A stretch of 40,756 bases of DNA from an uncultured bacterium (lineage in GTDB: Bacteria; Cyanobacteriota; Vampirovibrionia; Gastranaerophilales; Gastranaerophilaceae). A program made the position numbers and the translations under genes. The notes below the pieces were generated by a model. It saw only the letters and a program-made list of their open reading frames with translations, did no database searches and had not been told where the DNA came from. The stretch lies in the NCBI GenBank assembly GCA_947169755.1, contig CAMVQX010000001.1, positions 1-40,756 of the forward strand. Reading direction: 5' to 3'. Shown here in pieces: positions 1 through 9,391 of this stretch (its first letter is position 1; each line of letters begins with the position of its first letter).

Positions 1-1
1 T

Positions 2-1243
2 AGTACTTTTTTTGATTATTATTATACTATCGTGAGATTTCCATTTGTGGAAGTTTCTCAATTGTGGAAATCCATTGTATAGACTAAAAAAATATTTTCC
101 TATAGTAATTTTATCGTGATTTTTTATGTTAACAGAATTTTTTGGAAGATTTGTATTTATACAAGGAATTTCATTGTTGTTAAACAGTATTGGAGTGTAG
201 TCTGACGATATCATTTCTGTTTGAGGATATAAACTGTTTATGTCATAAATATTTTCAAACAAATAATCAGCAACAATGTCGTTATCTTTAAGAAAAACAA
301 CAAAATCGTTGTCATAACATGATAAACTTTTTATATAATCATTGTAATTATCCGTTTCAGAAAAATTTATGATTTTAATATCAGATATTAAGTGTTCAAT
401 GTTTTTAAAAGATGATTCTTTTTGAAAATCGTTAAACCAATTTTCAAAATATTTTTCTTTGCTTAAATCAATAACAATCAATTGCCAGTCTTTATACGAT
501 TGGTTAAAAATACTATAAAAAGTTTCTGACAGATTGTTGTTTTTATAATATGTAGTAAATACGACGTTTATCATTGGTCTTAATTTTTTAGTTTGTTTTA
601 AAAAATAATTCGTATCTTTGTTCAACCATGAGCCTTGTCCAAGATGAACAATATAATCTGTTAATTTTATATTTTTGATTTTTATGTTGTTTTTGTTTAA
701 TTCTTCAAGAAAAAATGCACCCGTGTCTTTTTCGCCAGGAATTATACTATCGGGCGTATAAAAATGTATATGATATTGTTTTACTTTTTTTAAATTTATT
801 AAACAAAAGAATGGAAAAAGTCTTTCTGTCGGCCATCCCCATTCAGCAATTCCTGTTTCTGCGATAACATCATATTCATTTTCATCAAATTCATTTAATA
901 ACTTTTGAATAGACGGATAAAACATTACGTCATTGTCGCATAGTACAATGTATTCATCATCTATCAAATTAAATGCATATTCTATTGTTCCGCTGTGAAG
1001 TACAGAGTATCTTCCGCCCAGTTTATCATATTTTGTTACGGCATGCTCATATACTTCTGTTGTATTTTTATAATTAAAATTATCAATAATTGTTACATCG
1101 TTTAACGCGGTTTCATATTTTTGCTCTGTGGAGTTATCTAAAACATAAGCATGACACATTCCATATTGTTTGCGAAATGACATTATCATACTATTAGTTA
1201 ATTCTTTATTATTAAAGTTTGCTGTTAATAATGAAAACTTCAT
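2..1243 (-). CDS. GT2-like glycosyltransferase, two GT-A domains (runs off window start)
   Basis: Hand-translated from ATG 1243: MKFSLLTANFNN...YIVLCDNDV (DxD); second domain INVVFTTYYK...SIFNQSYKDWQLIVID. Confidence 0.75.
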   Translation of the reverse strand, partial: MKFSLLTANFNNKELTNSMIMSFRKQYGMCHAYVLDNSTEQKYETALNDVTIIDNFNYKNTTEVYEHAVTKYDKLGGRYSVLHSGTIEYAFNLIDDEYIVLCDNDVMFYPSIQKLLNEFDENEYDVIAETGIAEWGWPTERLFPFFCLINLKKVKQYHIHFYTPDSIIPGEKDTGAFFLEELNKNNIKIKNIKLTDYIVHLGQGSWLNKDTNYFLKQTKKLRPMINVVFTTYYKNNNLSETFYSIFNQSYKDWQLIVIDLSKEKYFENWFNDFQKESSFKNIEHLISDIKIINFSETDNYNDYIKSLSCYDNDFVVFLKDNDIVADYLFENIYDINSLYPQTEMISSDYTPILFNNNEIPCINTNLPKNSVNIKNHDKITIGKYFFSLYNGFPQLRNFHKWKSHDSIIIIKKST

Positions 1244-1250
1244 AATTGAA

Positions 1251-2099
1251 TTATAATTTTAGCATATTTCCAAATAACAAAGATATTTCTTTTTTATCAG
1301 ATTCATTATATTTCAAATGTCCTCCTGCTGGTGTAAATGTAAGTTCTCCTAAATAAACAGTACCATTTATTTCATAAAAATCAACACGGACAAACTTAAA
1401 GTCTTGAGAAAGTTTTTTGGCATATTCTTTCATAAGTTCAAATTTTTTAGGTTTTATTGAATTTATGTCAACTGTATAGTCTGCTGGAGTACTTAATTCA
1501 GAAATATATAACGGATTTAAATCATTGTCGTAATAATTATATTTTACAGTGTGTTGATGCATATTTCTGTCAAAACAAATTTGTAAAAATTTAGGTTCAC
1601 CGTTAAAACAACATATTTTATAATCTATTATGTTTTCTCCCAACAATTTTTCAGCAAATATTTTAGGTACTATGTCTTTATAGTGATATTCTGCTGCTTT
1701 TTCAGAAAAATCGTAATTCTTCCATTCCTCTAATGTTTTTCTATAATATTCAAATTCATTTTTGTTTGTACGATTTTTGTCTTTTACAACAATCGTCATA
1801 CCGCTTCCATGATTACATTTTAATACAAATTCTGAAGGTAAAAGATCAAACACAATATCATTTGCTGAATTATATTCATAATAAATTGGAACACATATAT
1901 CTTTTCCGAGTTTTTCTTTACAGTATTCGTGCAATTTTATTTTGTCTGTACACTTTGTTTTCAAAGGCATTATATCATACGTTTTTAACCATGATATTTT
2001 TTCTTGAATTGTTTTCGGATTGTCTATATTTACATCTATACCAACATTCAACATATCATTGCACACTGATTCTTTTATTTTTTCCAATGAAAGCTTCAT
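1251..2099 (-). CDS. TupA-like ATP-grasp protein
   Basis: PKTIQEKISWLK, FVLKCNHGSG, DYKICCFNG, FVRVDFY, LGELTFTP motifs. Confidence 0.85.
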   Translation of the reverse strand: MKLSLEKIKESVCNDMLNVGIDVNIDNPKTIQEKISWLKTYDIMPLKTKCTDKIKLHEYCKEKLGKDICVPIYYEYNSANDIVFDLLPSEFVLKCNHGSGMTIVVKDKNRTNKNEFEYYRKTLEEWKNYDFSEKAAEYHYKDIVPKIFAEKLLGENIIDYKICCFNGEPKFLQICFDRNMHQHTVKYNYYDNDLNPLYISELSTPADYTVDINSIKPKKFELMKEYAKKLSQDFKFVRVDFYEINGTVYLGELTFTPAGGHLKYNESDKKEISLLFGNMLKL

Positions 2100-2104
2100 G
2101 CCAG

Positions 2105-2734
2105 TTAATCTATAAAATTATTTTTGTAAAAAGGAAGCGATCTCTGGTTTTTAGAAATCGGTTGAATATCATCGTGAAAAATTATAGGAAGTTTTGTGTA
2201 CTTGCAACAGTGTATATTAACTCCTTTTTGTTTAAGATGTTCTGCATAAAAGTTGTCGTCTTTTGAAGTTTGTATAATGCTATCAGATATTTGTTCAACT
2301 GGAAAATTTATATTCCAATACAATGTACACGGCCCTTGAGTTATAAATCTCGTAGTGAAAGTGTAACGAATTACATTTTCCTTTGTTTTTAACCATTCAT
2401 CATAAAGATTTTGTGCATAATTCAATACATACAAACAATCGTCATCTGCACTTATAACAGGTACTCCTTTGTATTTTTTAAGCGTAAATGCAAATTTTTT
2501 GAAAGATTTATAGTTCTTTTTAACCCATAAAATTTCAAAATAATCTGACAAACTTAAAAGATTTTCTGGAAGTTCTTTTTCTTTTTGAGGAAATTCGTCT
2601 TCAGACAGTGTTAAAACAATATGAAATCCCGGACAACTTTTTATAAGTGAGTAAATTGTTTTTGATGCGGTATTGATTCTTGCTTTCCAACTAGTTAAAC
2701 TTATAATTGCTTTCTCTCCTTGATATTCTTTCAT
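2105..2734 (-). CDS. GT-A fold glycosyltransferase
   Basis: IISLTSW..RI N-terminus, ISADDD motif; paralog of 5047-5760. Confidence 0.75.
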   Translation of the reverse strand: MKEYQGEKAIISLTSWKARINTASKTIYSLIKSCPGFHIVLTLSEDEFPQKEKELPENLLSLSDYFEILWVKKNYKSFKKFAFTLKKYKGVPVISADDDCLYVLNYAQNLYDEWLKTKENVIRYTFTTRFITQGPCTLYWNINFPVEQISDSIIQTSKDDNFYAEHLKQKGVNIHCCKYTKLPIIFHDDIQPISKNQRSLPFYKNNFID

Positions 2735-2763
2735 ATAAATATATTATAAAATATTTATTAAGT

Positions 2764-3552
2764 ATGAAAATTGTCGTAAGTATGACAAGCTATCCAAAAC
2801 GTATAGTAAATGTAGGAAAGTCAATATACGCATTATTAAACAAACAAACATTGCCCCCAGATGAAATATATGTATGGTTGAGTACAGAAGAATTTCCAAA
2901 TAAAGAAAATGACCTTCCAAAAGATTTGATATTGTTTTCTGAAGTATCAAATAAAATAAAAATTAAATGGGTAGAAAAAAATACATACGTTCATAAAAGA
3001 CACGAAATTTTTAAAATAATTAAAGATGCTTATGTATTTTTTATGGACGACGACGTATATTACAACGAAGATTTAATAAAGACAGTCGTTGAAAAAGCAA
3101 AACAATATCCGAATTCTATTATATGCTATAACAATTACAACCCTCACGAATATCGTGGAAAACATATATTGTATCGTAATAATACTCTTGGAAGTGGACC
3201 GTTTATCAACAAAATACGCTGGTGTGGACAAAGTATGATACCGTCAGAAATATATCCAGTGGAAATATTATCAGATGAATACAAAAAAATAAGAGACAAA
3301 ACTTCTCCAATAAGTGATGAATGCTGGTTTCAACCTTTTGTAGTTGAATATAATCTTCCAATATATTATTGCAAATTTGGTTGGGGCGTAGATATAAGTC
3401 CAACACTTGGAAAACAAAGTGGACTTGTTTCATGGTCTCATAAATTGGACTCAAACGGATTAGAAAAAAGAGATAATTGGCTAAATGCTGTATTAAATGC
3501 ATTTCCAAATATACTTAAAAAATATGAAAGATTGTTTAACTATGGAAAATAA
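2764..3552 (+). CDS. GT-A fold glycosyltransferase
   Basis: MKIVVSMTSYPKRI, FMDDDVYY; start reassigned to ATG 2764. Confidence 0.75.
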   Translation: MKIVVSMTSYPKRIVNVGKSIYALLNKQTLPPDEIYVWLSTEEFPNKENDLPKDLILFSEVSNKIKIKWVEKNTYVHKRHEIFKIIKDAYVFFMDDDVYYNEDLIKTVVEKAKQYPNSIICYNNYNPHEYRGKHILYRNNTLGSGPFINKIRWCGQSMIPSEIYPVEILSDEYKKIRDKTSPISDECWFQPFVVEYNLPIYYCKFGWGVDISPTLGKQSGLVSWSHKLDSNGLEKRDNWLNAVLNAFPNILKKYERLFNYGK

Positions 3553-4390
3553 TGAATGGTTAAAATTTTGTGAAAAGCAAATACCCGAGTTAAAACGACT
3601 ATATAAAATTCATACAGGAGATAATTTAGATTTAAATAATTGCAAAACATTAAGTGAAAAGATACAATGGCTTAAAATATATGATAGCAATAAACTAAAA
3701 ATTAAATGCAGTGATAAGTTATTAGTAAGAGATTATTGCAAAGAAAAATTACAAAAAGATTTGTTTGTTCCAATAATTGGAGTATGGAAAACATTTGATG
3801 AAATAGATTTTAATAAATTGCCAAGTGATTATGTATTAAAAACAAATCATGGATCTCATACAAATATTATAGTAAAAAATAATAAAATAAACAAAAAAGA
3901 GGCTAAAAAAAGTTTTGATAAATGGCTATCAAAAGATTGGACTTGGTGGGGCAAAGAAATGGCATATTATCCTATAGATAGAAAAATTTTTGCAGAAAAA
4001 TATGTACAAGATAAAATAAACGGAGAATTAACTGATTATAAATTTTTATGTTTTAATGGAGAACCAAAATTTGTACAAGTAATCAATGATAGAAATACAA
4101 AAAAATTTCATTTAAATTACTATGATATGAATTTTAACTTTGTAGATATATCACGAATAGATGTTCCAAGCAATAAAAATATAAAAGATAATAAACCATA
4201 TAATTTTGAATTAATGAAAGAATATGCAAAAAAACTCTCACAAGATTTTAACTTTGTAAGAGTAGATTTTTATGAAATTGATAATATTGTATATTTGAGT
4301 GAACTTACATTTTTTCCAGCATCTGGTTTTTTAAAATATAAAAACGAAAAAACAAATTTAATGCTGGGAAAAATGCTTAAATTAAATTAA
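3542..4390 (+). CDS. TupA-like ATP-grasp protein
   Basis: KTLSEKIQWLK, VLKTNHGS, DYKFLCFNG, FVRVDFY, ELTFFP; paralog of 1251-2099; start reassigned to ATG 3542. Confidence 0.85.
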   Translation: MENNEWLKFCEKQIPELKRLYKIHTGDNLDLNNCKTLSEKIQWLKIYDSNKLKIKCSDKLLVRDYCKEKLQKDLFVPIIGVWKTFDEIDFNKLPSDYVLKTNHGSHTNIIVKNNKINKKEAKKSFDKWLSKDWTWWGKEMAYYPIDRKIFAEKYVQDKINGELTDYKFLCFNGEPKFVQVINDRNTKKFHLNYYDMNFNFVDISRIDVPSNKNIKDNKPYNFELMKEYAKKLSQDFNFVRVDFYEIDNIVYLSELTFFPASGFLKYKNEKTNLMLGKMLKLN

Positions 4391-5046
4391 GTAACTTTTG
4401 TAAATTTATTAGAATACATTATTTTAGTAGAAATTCGTTTATCATCATTTTTTATAAAAATTTCTTTATATTCATTGTAAATATCTCGTGCTAATTGCTC
4501 GTTGTTTTTATGTAAATCTGTTTTGTATATTTTGGTATATTCATTTTCATATTTTTGCAAATACAAAAAATCAGATTCTTTATTTGTAACAATAATTAAA
4601 GGATATTTTTTAATATTTTGTTTTATAATGTATTCAAAATTTTCGTATTTATCTTTTTCTATGTCCCATGAACTTCCAATGACAAAAATTGGTGTGTTAT
4701 TTAATTTTAATCTTGATTTATATTTTTCTATAATATAACTTTGTATATCATAAAAATATATGTGATTGTCTTTTTTAATAATAGTTTTGCAATTTAAATC
4801 TTCTCTGTAATGATGATATAATACTTTTACATTATTGTCTATAATTAAGTAATATTCGTCATTGTTATAATCTTCGCATTTTTGCAAATAATAGTTGTTA
4901 AAATTTATATTTTTATAATTTTTTATAAGGTATCCAAAAGATATATGATCTATAATATTCCAACAAAATGGGTTAATATATTCTTGTCGTAAAACATCTA
5001 GTGTAATGTTAGAAGCAACACAAGAATCTCCTATCGCATTTATCAT
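4387..5046 (-). CDS. DUF1919/DUF1796-like polysaccharide-associated protein
   Basis: N-terminal IGDSC...NPFCW pattern; location in glycan cluster. Confidence 0.45.
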   Translation of the reverse strand: MINAIGDSCVASNITLDVLRQEYINPFCWNIIDHISFGYLIKNYKNINFNNYYLQKCEDYNNDEYYLIIDNNVKVLYHHYREDLNCKTIIKKDNHIYFYDIQSYIIEKYKSRLKLNNTPIFVIGSSWDIEKDKYENFEYIIKQNIKKYPLIIVTNKESDFLYLQKYENEYTKIYKTDLHKNNEQLARDIYNEYKEIFIKNDDKRISTKIMYSNKFTKVT

Positions 5047-5760
5047 TTATTTAAGTTTTTTAAAGTTTGTTTCCATTTCTTCAAGTAATCTGCTTTTTCT
5101 AGAAGATTGTACTTTTTTTAGATCATGCAGTGGACATTCTTCATCATGAAATTCATATACATCTCTCCACGGACCAATGACAATACATTTGTTTAATTTT
5201 AACAATATTTTTAAACATGAATAATAATCATCATCTTGATCTGTAAGAGACAATACTTTATCTGTTAATAGCAACAGCCCATATTTGCCAAAAATGTATG
5301 GCGGATATAATGTTCCAGCACCTCCATTGTGCCATATTTTAAAATTGTTTCTTTCAACAAATGTTGTTCTTTTTCCCCAAATTGAAACAAAAGTTTTTTT
5401 GTCGTTTTTGTTCCATTCAGAATACATTCTTTCTGCATAATTATACTTATAAATACAGTCATCGTCTGCACTTATAATAGGAACTGTTCTGTATTTGTCC
5501 ATTGTGAACAATATTTTCTTGAATGCTTTGTAGTTTTTTTGAACCCAAAGTATTTCAATCAAATCGTTATCAACAAATAACATCAATTCTTCAGGTAATT
5601 CTGCTTCTTTTAATGGAAATTCTTCTTCTGCTAGAACTAACACAATATGAAATCCAGGACAATTAGATAATAAAGAATATAAAGTTTTTCCAACAGTATT
5701 AATTCTTGCTTTCCAACTTGTTAAACTTATAATTGCTTTTTCGCCATTATACTGTTTCAT
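5047..5760 (-). CDS. GT-A fold glycosyltransferase
   Basis: ISADDD motif; N-terminus nearly identical to 2105-2734. Confidence 0.75.
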   Translation of the reverse strand: MKQYNGEKAIISLTSWKARINTVGKTLYSLLSNCPGFHIVLVLAEEEFPLKEAELPEELMLFVDNDLIEILWVQKNYKAFKKILFTMDKYRTVPIISADDDCIYKYNYAERMYSEWNKNDKKTFVSIWGKRTTFVERNNFKIWHNGGAGTLYPPYIFGKYGLLLLTDKVLSLTDQDDDYYSCLKILLKLNKCIVIGPWRDVYEFHDEECPLHDLKKVQSSRKSRLLEEMETNFKKLK

Positions 5761-6203
5761 TTTTTCTTATTCTTTTTCAATTTTTCAATAAATTCGTTAT
5801 ATTCTTTGTTAAATTCTTCAAGATTAAATTCTTTTTTAACAGGTTTTACTTCTGTTTTGTTTTTTCTTGGTCTATTAAATTCTTCCAACATTTTGTTTAA
5901 CTTGTTATTTTCTTTTTTTAATTTTGCATTTCCATCTTTGTATAATGTTATATCGTACAATAGTTTTTCTTTTTCTTTTTCAAGTTTGTTAGTTTCTTGC
6001 TTATAAAATGTTATGTCCTTTTTTAAATTTTCATTATCTGTTTTGAGTTTATCGTATTTTTCAATAGAAAATCCGATGTCAACTATACTTTTTTTCTGCA
6101 GTTGTGTATATTTTTCTTTAAGAGATTTGTTGATATCTGATAATTTGTTTAACTTTTCTTTAAGTTTGAAGTATTCATCTGAGTCTACTATCATTTTTGA
6201 CAT
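5757..6203 (-). CDS. coiled-coil hypothetical protein
   Basis: K/E/L-rich heptad ORF; stop overlaps the next start. Confidence 0.65.
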   Translation of the reverse strand: MSKMIVDSDEYFKLKEKLNKLSDINKSLKEKYTQLQKKSIVDIGFSIEKYDKLKTDNENLKKDITFYKQETNKLEKEKEKLLYDITLYKDGNAKLKKENNKLNKMLEEFNRPRKNKTEVKPVKKEFNLEEFNKEYNEFIEKLKKNKKK

Positions 6204-6266
6204 AACAAAAAATGCAATTTAATTATTTATTATAACTAAATTGCATCCACTATATTATTTTTTGAT

Positions 6267-6446
6267 TTATTCCACTATTCCTGGACTTTTCTTTTCAAGT
6301 TCTTTTTTGAATTTTTCTATTTCTTCTTTAGCTATTTTTCTTGCAATCGTTTCAATGCATTCTTTGAACTCAAGAGCTATTTTTGTTGAATTGTAATCAA
6401 TTCCCGAATTAATAGTAGACATTGTATAAAGAAGATTACTTTGCAT
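6267..6446 (-). CDS. small hypothetical protein (59 aa)
   Basis: Hand-translated MQSNLLYTMSTINSGID...PGIVE*; fills an operon gap. Confidence 0.55.
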   Translation of the reverse strand: MQSNLLYTMSTINSGIDYNSTKIALEFKECIETIARKIAKEEIEKFKKELEKKSPGIVE

Positions 6447-6460
6447 TATATTTGTATTGT

Positions 6461-7591
6461 TTATAAAATTATTTGAGCATTCGTTATTTCGTTTGGAATA
6501 GAATTATCTGTAGTCTGGTTGTATTGTTTTGAAGCATTTGGGCTCAGTACTCTTAACTCAACATTTCCGACAAATTCGCTCAAACGTGTTTTTCCACAAT
6601 AAGACATACAACTGCGAAGATATTGTGTAAACTCTTCTGAGAACTCCTTTATAGTTAAATTGCTCATTTTGTTGTAAACGACTTTTCCTTCAGGAGCTAT
6701 AATTGAAGATCTTCCAAGTGCTTTCTGTCCTTCAACAGAAGCCATTCCAAAATGAATTTTGTATTTTATACTTTTTGCGTCGGTAACAACCTCTCCAGAA
6801 CTGTCTTTCAATGCATTCAACATGCTTCCAAGCATTACATAATCTGCTCCAAGTGCCAATGCTTTGTTAATATTTCTGTAATTTTCAAAGCCACCATCAG
6901 CAACAATCTTTGAGTTGAATGAATAATAATTTCGTTTCTTTACACATTCATCAATCAATGTTCCCATAGGCATATAAATACCAGTGGTTGTTGCAGTAAT
7001 ACAAGCAGAACCAGTTCCAACAGACAATTTGATAAAATCGCATCCACTATTGCCAAGATTGACAAAAGCTTCAGGATTTGCAACATTGCCTGACATAATC
7101 AGCATCTTTTCTTTATAAATGTCTTTGAGTTCTCGTACTTTGTAATAAAGATCGTCCATATTTCCGTTTGCAATATCAATGCAAACTTTCAATGGAATAT
7201 TGGATATTTTTGTAGCAAGATTTTCTTTGTTCAAAACAAAATAATCAACTTCTTTCAAAGAAAAAGCAACAAACAGTCTTCTTGTTATCAAAAGTTTTAT
7301 TCTTTTTGACAACTGGACTGTTCTCGGAATTACAGGAGTAATATTTGAGCTAAGATAGTTGTCTATGCACTCATCACTTCCATCAATTACAGAAGGCATA
7401 GGAGCTGTAAATATTGGAAGAGTTTTATGATATTCGTACATGCAATCTATCATCTTAGCAGGAGTGTTAATCAAGCATTCAAAATCATTATAGTAAGGAT
7501 TACATAAAGATCTGCTTGATATTGATGAATTTCCTGCAGGAACAATTCCTAAATCGTCAAGCGTATATGCTGTTTCACGAATAATACTCAT
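6461..7591 (-). CDS. guaC: GMP reductase / IMP dehydrogenase family protein
   Basis: IDIANG, VGTGSACIT (catalytic Cys), IVADGG, ALGADYVMLGS, GMAS; no CBS domains. Confidence 0.75.
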   Translation of the reverse strand: MSIIRETAYTLDDLGIVPAGNSSISSRSLCNPYYNDFECLINTPAKMIDCMYEYHKTLPIFTAPMPSVIDGSDECIDNYLSSNITPVIPRTVQLSKRIKLLITRRLFVAFSLKEVDYFVLNKENLATKISNIPLKVCIDIANGNMDDLYYKVRELKDIYKEKMLIMSGNVANPEAFVNLGNSGCDFIKLSVGTGSACITATTTGIYMPMGTLIDECVKKRNYYSFNSKIVADGGFENYRNINKALALGADYVMLGSMLNALKDSSGEVVTDAKSIKYKIHFGMASVEGQKALGRSSIIAPEGKVVYNKMSNLTIKEFSEEFTQYLRSCMSYCGKTRLSEFVGNVELRVLSPNASKQYNQTTDNSIPNEITNAQIIL

Positions 7592-7605
7592 ATTTAAAAA
7601 TTATA

Positions 7606-8265
7606 TTACCACCAAAGACTCATAAAATGTTTTGCAAAAAGAGCAAGTCCTTCCTCAATAAGTTTGTTTTCATTGATTCTGTCTTCGTGGAAAAGTTTGA
7701 TTTTGTCTTTATACTCTTCGTTAGTTTCCATCAAGTATGAGCCATTTTCTTGCTTTGTCATATTGTGACTTTTGCACCAATCAATTCCGTATTTTTTGCT
7801 ACGTTCATCATCATATTTGTCTTCATTGACAATATGGTCGAAAGCAAAAATCATTTTGTCGAGAATTTCTGTCCAAGCTTCAAAAGTCGGAACATCATCA
7901 GTTCCCGGATATCCGATTGTGTTTTCTTTGAAAACAATCAGACGAGGCAAAATAAATCTAGCAACAGTACTGTCCAAATTCCAGCATTCAGTATCATCAA
8001 AACCACGCTCAACACGCTGTTGTTTGAACTCGGCAAGTTTTTTAATATCCTTGTCGCTGTCGGTATACATATCAATTATACTAAAATTGACATTAGGAAT
8101 ACCAAGTGGATCATTTCCTTTGCAGGATTTAGTAACCTCGTTTTTGAGGTTTGCATATCTGTTGCGAGCTTTGTTTCTTGCTTTGTTTCTCTTCATATAT
8201 TTAAGTTCTTTGAAAAATTTTTCTGTATCATCAAAGATACTATATTTATGTTTACTTCTTTTCAT
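7606..8265 (-). CDS. conserved phage hypothetical protein
   Basis: WNLD...ILPRL..FK..T.GYP...W.EILDKMIFAF...LWW pattern typical of phage ORFs. Confidence 0.7.
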   Translation of the reverse strand: MKRSKHKYSIFDDTEKFFKELKYMKRNKARNKARNRYANLKNEVTKSCKGNDPLGIPNVNFSIIDMYTDSDKDIKKLAEFKQQRVERGFDDTECWNLDSTVARFILPRLIVFKENTIGYPGTDDVPTFEAWTEILDKMIFAFDHIVNEDKYDDERSKKYGIDWCKSHNMTKQENGSYLMETNEEYKDKIKLFHEDRINENKLIEEGLALFAKHFMSLWW

Positions 8266-9152
8266 TTTTTCAATGGAAGTTTTTTCTTAAGAGTTCTTAT
8301 TTCTTCAAAATCAGTAGAGTCAGGCTCCTCTGGATATTCTTTGTAGAATTTTTCAAGATTTTCTGCAATTTCCTTTTTAGCCTCCTCTTCTTGGTCCTTT
8401 GTATATACAACATTGAAAATCTTGCTTTTCTCACACCAATACTTGCCTATTTTGCGAATCCACTCAAGATCATAGCCCTTTAATTTTGATTTGAACTCAG
8501 GATAAATGTCAACTAATGCAGTATACATAAGTTCATCAAAAAGTTCTTTACCATATTCTTCATCAGGAAAATATTGAAAGAATTTGTGAAACGGAGTAAG
8601 TGCATTGTATAAATCCTTAGACACATTGGTATGTATCATTGGATAATAACGACTACCAAGTTGTGAATACAATTGAATAGACTTGCATTCAACATCGTAA
8701 TATGAATTTATACGGTCTATTCGTGTAGCATCGCATAATGCTAAATCGTCATTGAAAAGAATTGTATATATTGGATGGTTTGCAAGATCCAACAATTCAT
8801 TGAATGTGTCGGCATCTGTAAATTCAACTCCTTCAACAGGAATACAGTCTGTAAACTCCATAAAACCGTAGCCGTTTACACGAAAATTTCTATAGTCAAA
8901 TCTTCCATTAGGAGAATATTTGACAATACGACCGTTGAAACATTGCTGTGATGCATTTTCAAGTTCTTCGTCTGAAGCTTTTGTTATCATTAGAAAATGC
9001 AATGCGCCAACATGCTTGCCTTGTCCAATATCATTTTCTCCTCCAGTGACAAAAATTGAGTCTTCTGGAATCATCATAACAGTTTCTTCAGCATCTTGTG
9101 GTCTAAGACTGTAATGACCACACTTTAAAACAATTTTCTTATTGTTTTCCAT
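8262..9152 (-). CDS. hypothetical protein
   Basis: 296-aa ORF overlapping both neighbours. Confidence 0.7.
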   Translation of the reverse strand: MENNKKIVLKCGHYSLRPQDAEETVMMIPEDSIFVTGGENDIGQGKHVGALHFLMITKASDEELENASQQCFNGRIVKYSPNGRFDYRNFRVNGYGFMEFTDCIPVEGVEFTDADTFNELLDLANHPIYTILFNDDLALCDATRIDRINSYYDVECKSIQLYSQLGSRYYPMIHTNVSKDLYNALTPFHKFFQYFPDEEYGKELFDELMYTALVDIYPEFKSKLKGYDLEWIRKIGKYWCEKSKIFNVVYTKDQEEEAKKEIAENLEKFYKEYPEEPDSTDFEEIRTLKKKLPLKK

Positions 9153-9354
9153 CTTCTATATAAATTTCGTTAATTGAATACTCAAAAACATCTCCTTCGT
9201 TTCCTTCAAAATCGGCATAAATAACATCTTTGTTATTGTCAAGTTTTGGATAACTGCAACAAAAAATACCAACAACTTTCATCGGAAATTGTGTTTTCTT
9301 GCTTGCGATTGTCATTCCAATACGAAGTTCTGTTATATCTTTAATTTCTTTCAT
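9139..9354 (-). CDS. small hypothetical protein
   Basis: MKEIKDITEL...; directly downstream of promoter motif. Confidence 0.6.
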   Translation of the reverse strand: MKEIKDITELRIGMTIASKKTQFPMKVVGIFCCSYPKLDNNKDVIYADFEGNEGDVFEYSINEIYIEDGKQ

Positions 9355-9357
9355 ATA

Positions 9358-9391
9358 CAAATATAAAACTTTTACATGTAAAAATTGTTAA
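9358..9391 (-). promoter_or_regulatory. promoter TTAACA-N20-TATATTTG
   Basis: Bacteroidota -7 element TAnnTTTG plus TTAACA exactly 20 nt upstream; 5 copies in window. Confidence 0.7.
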
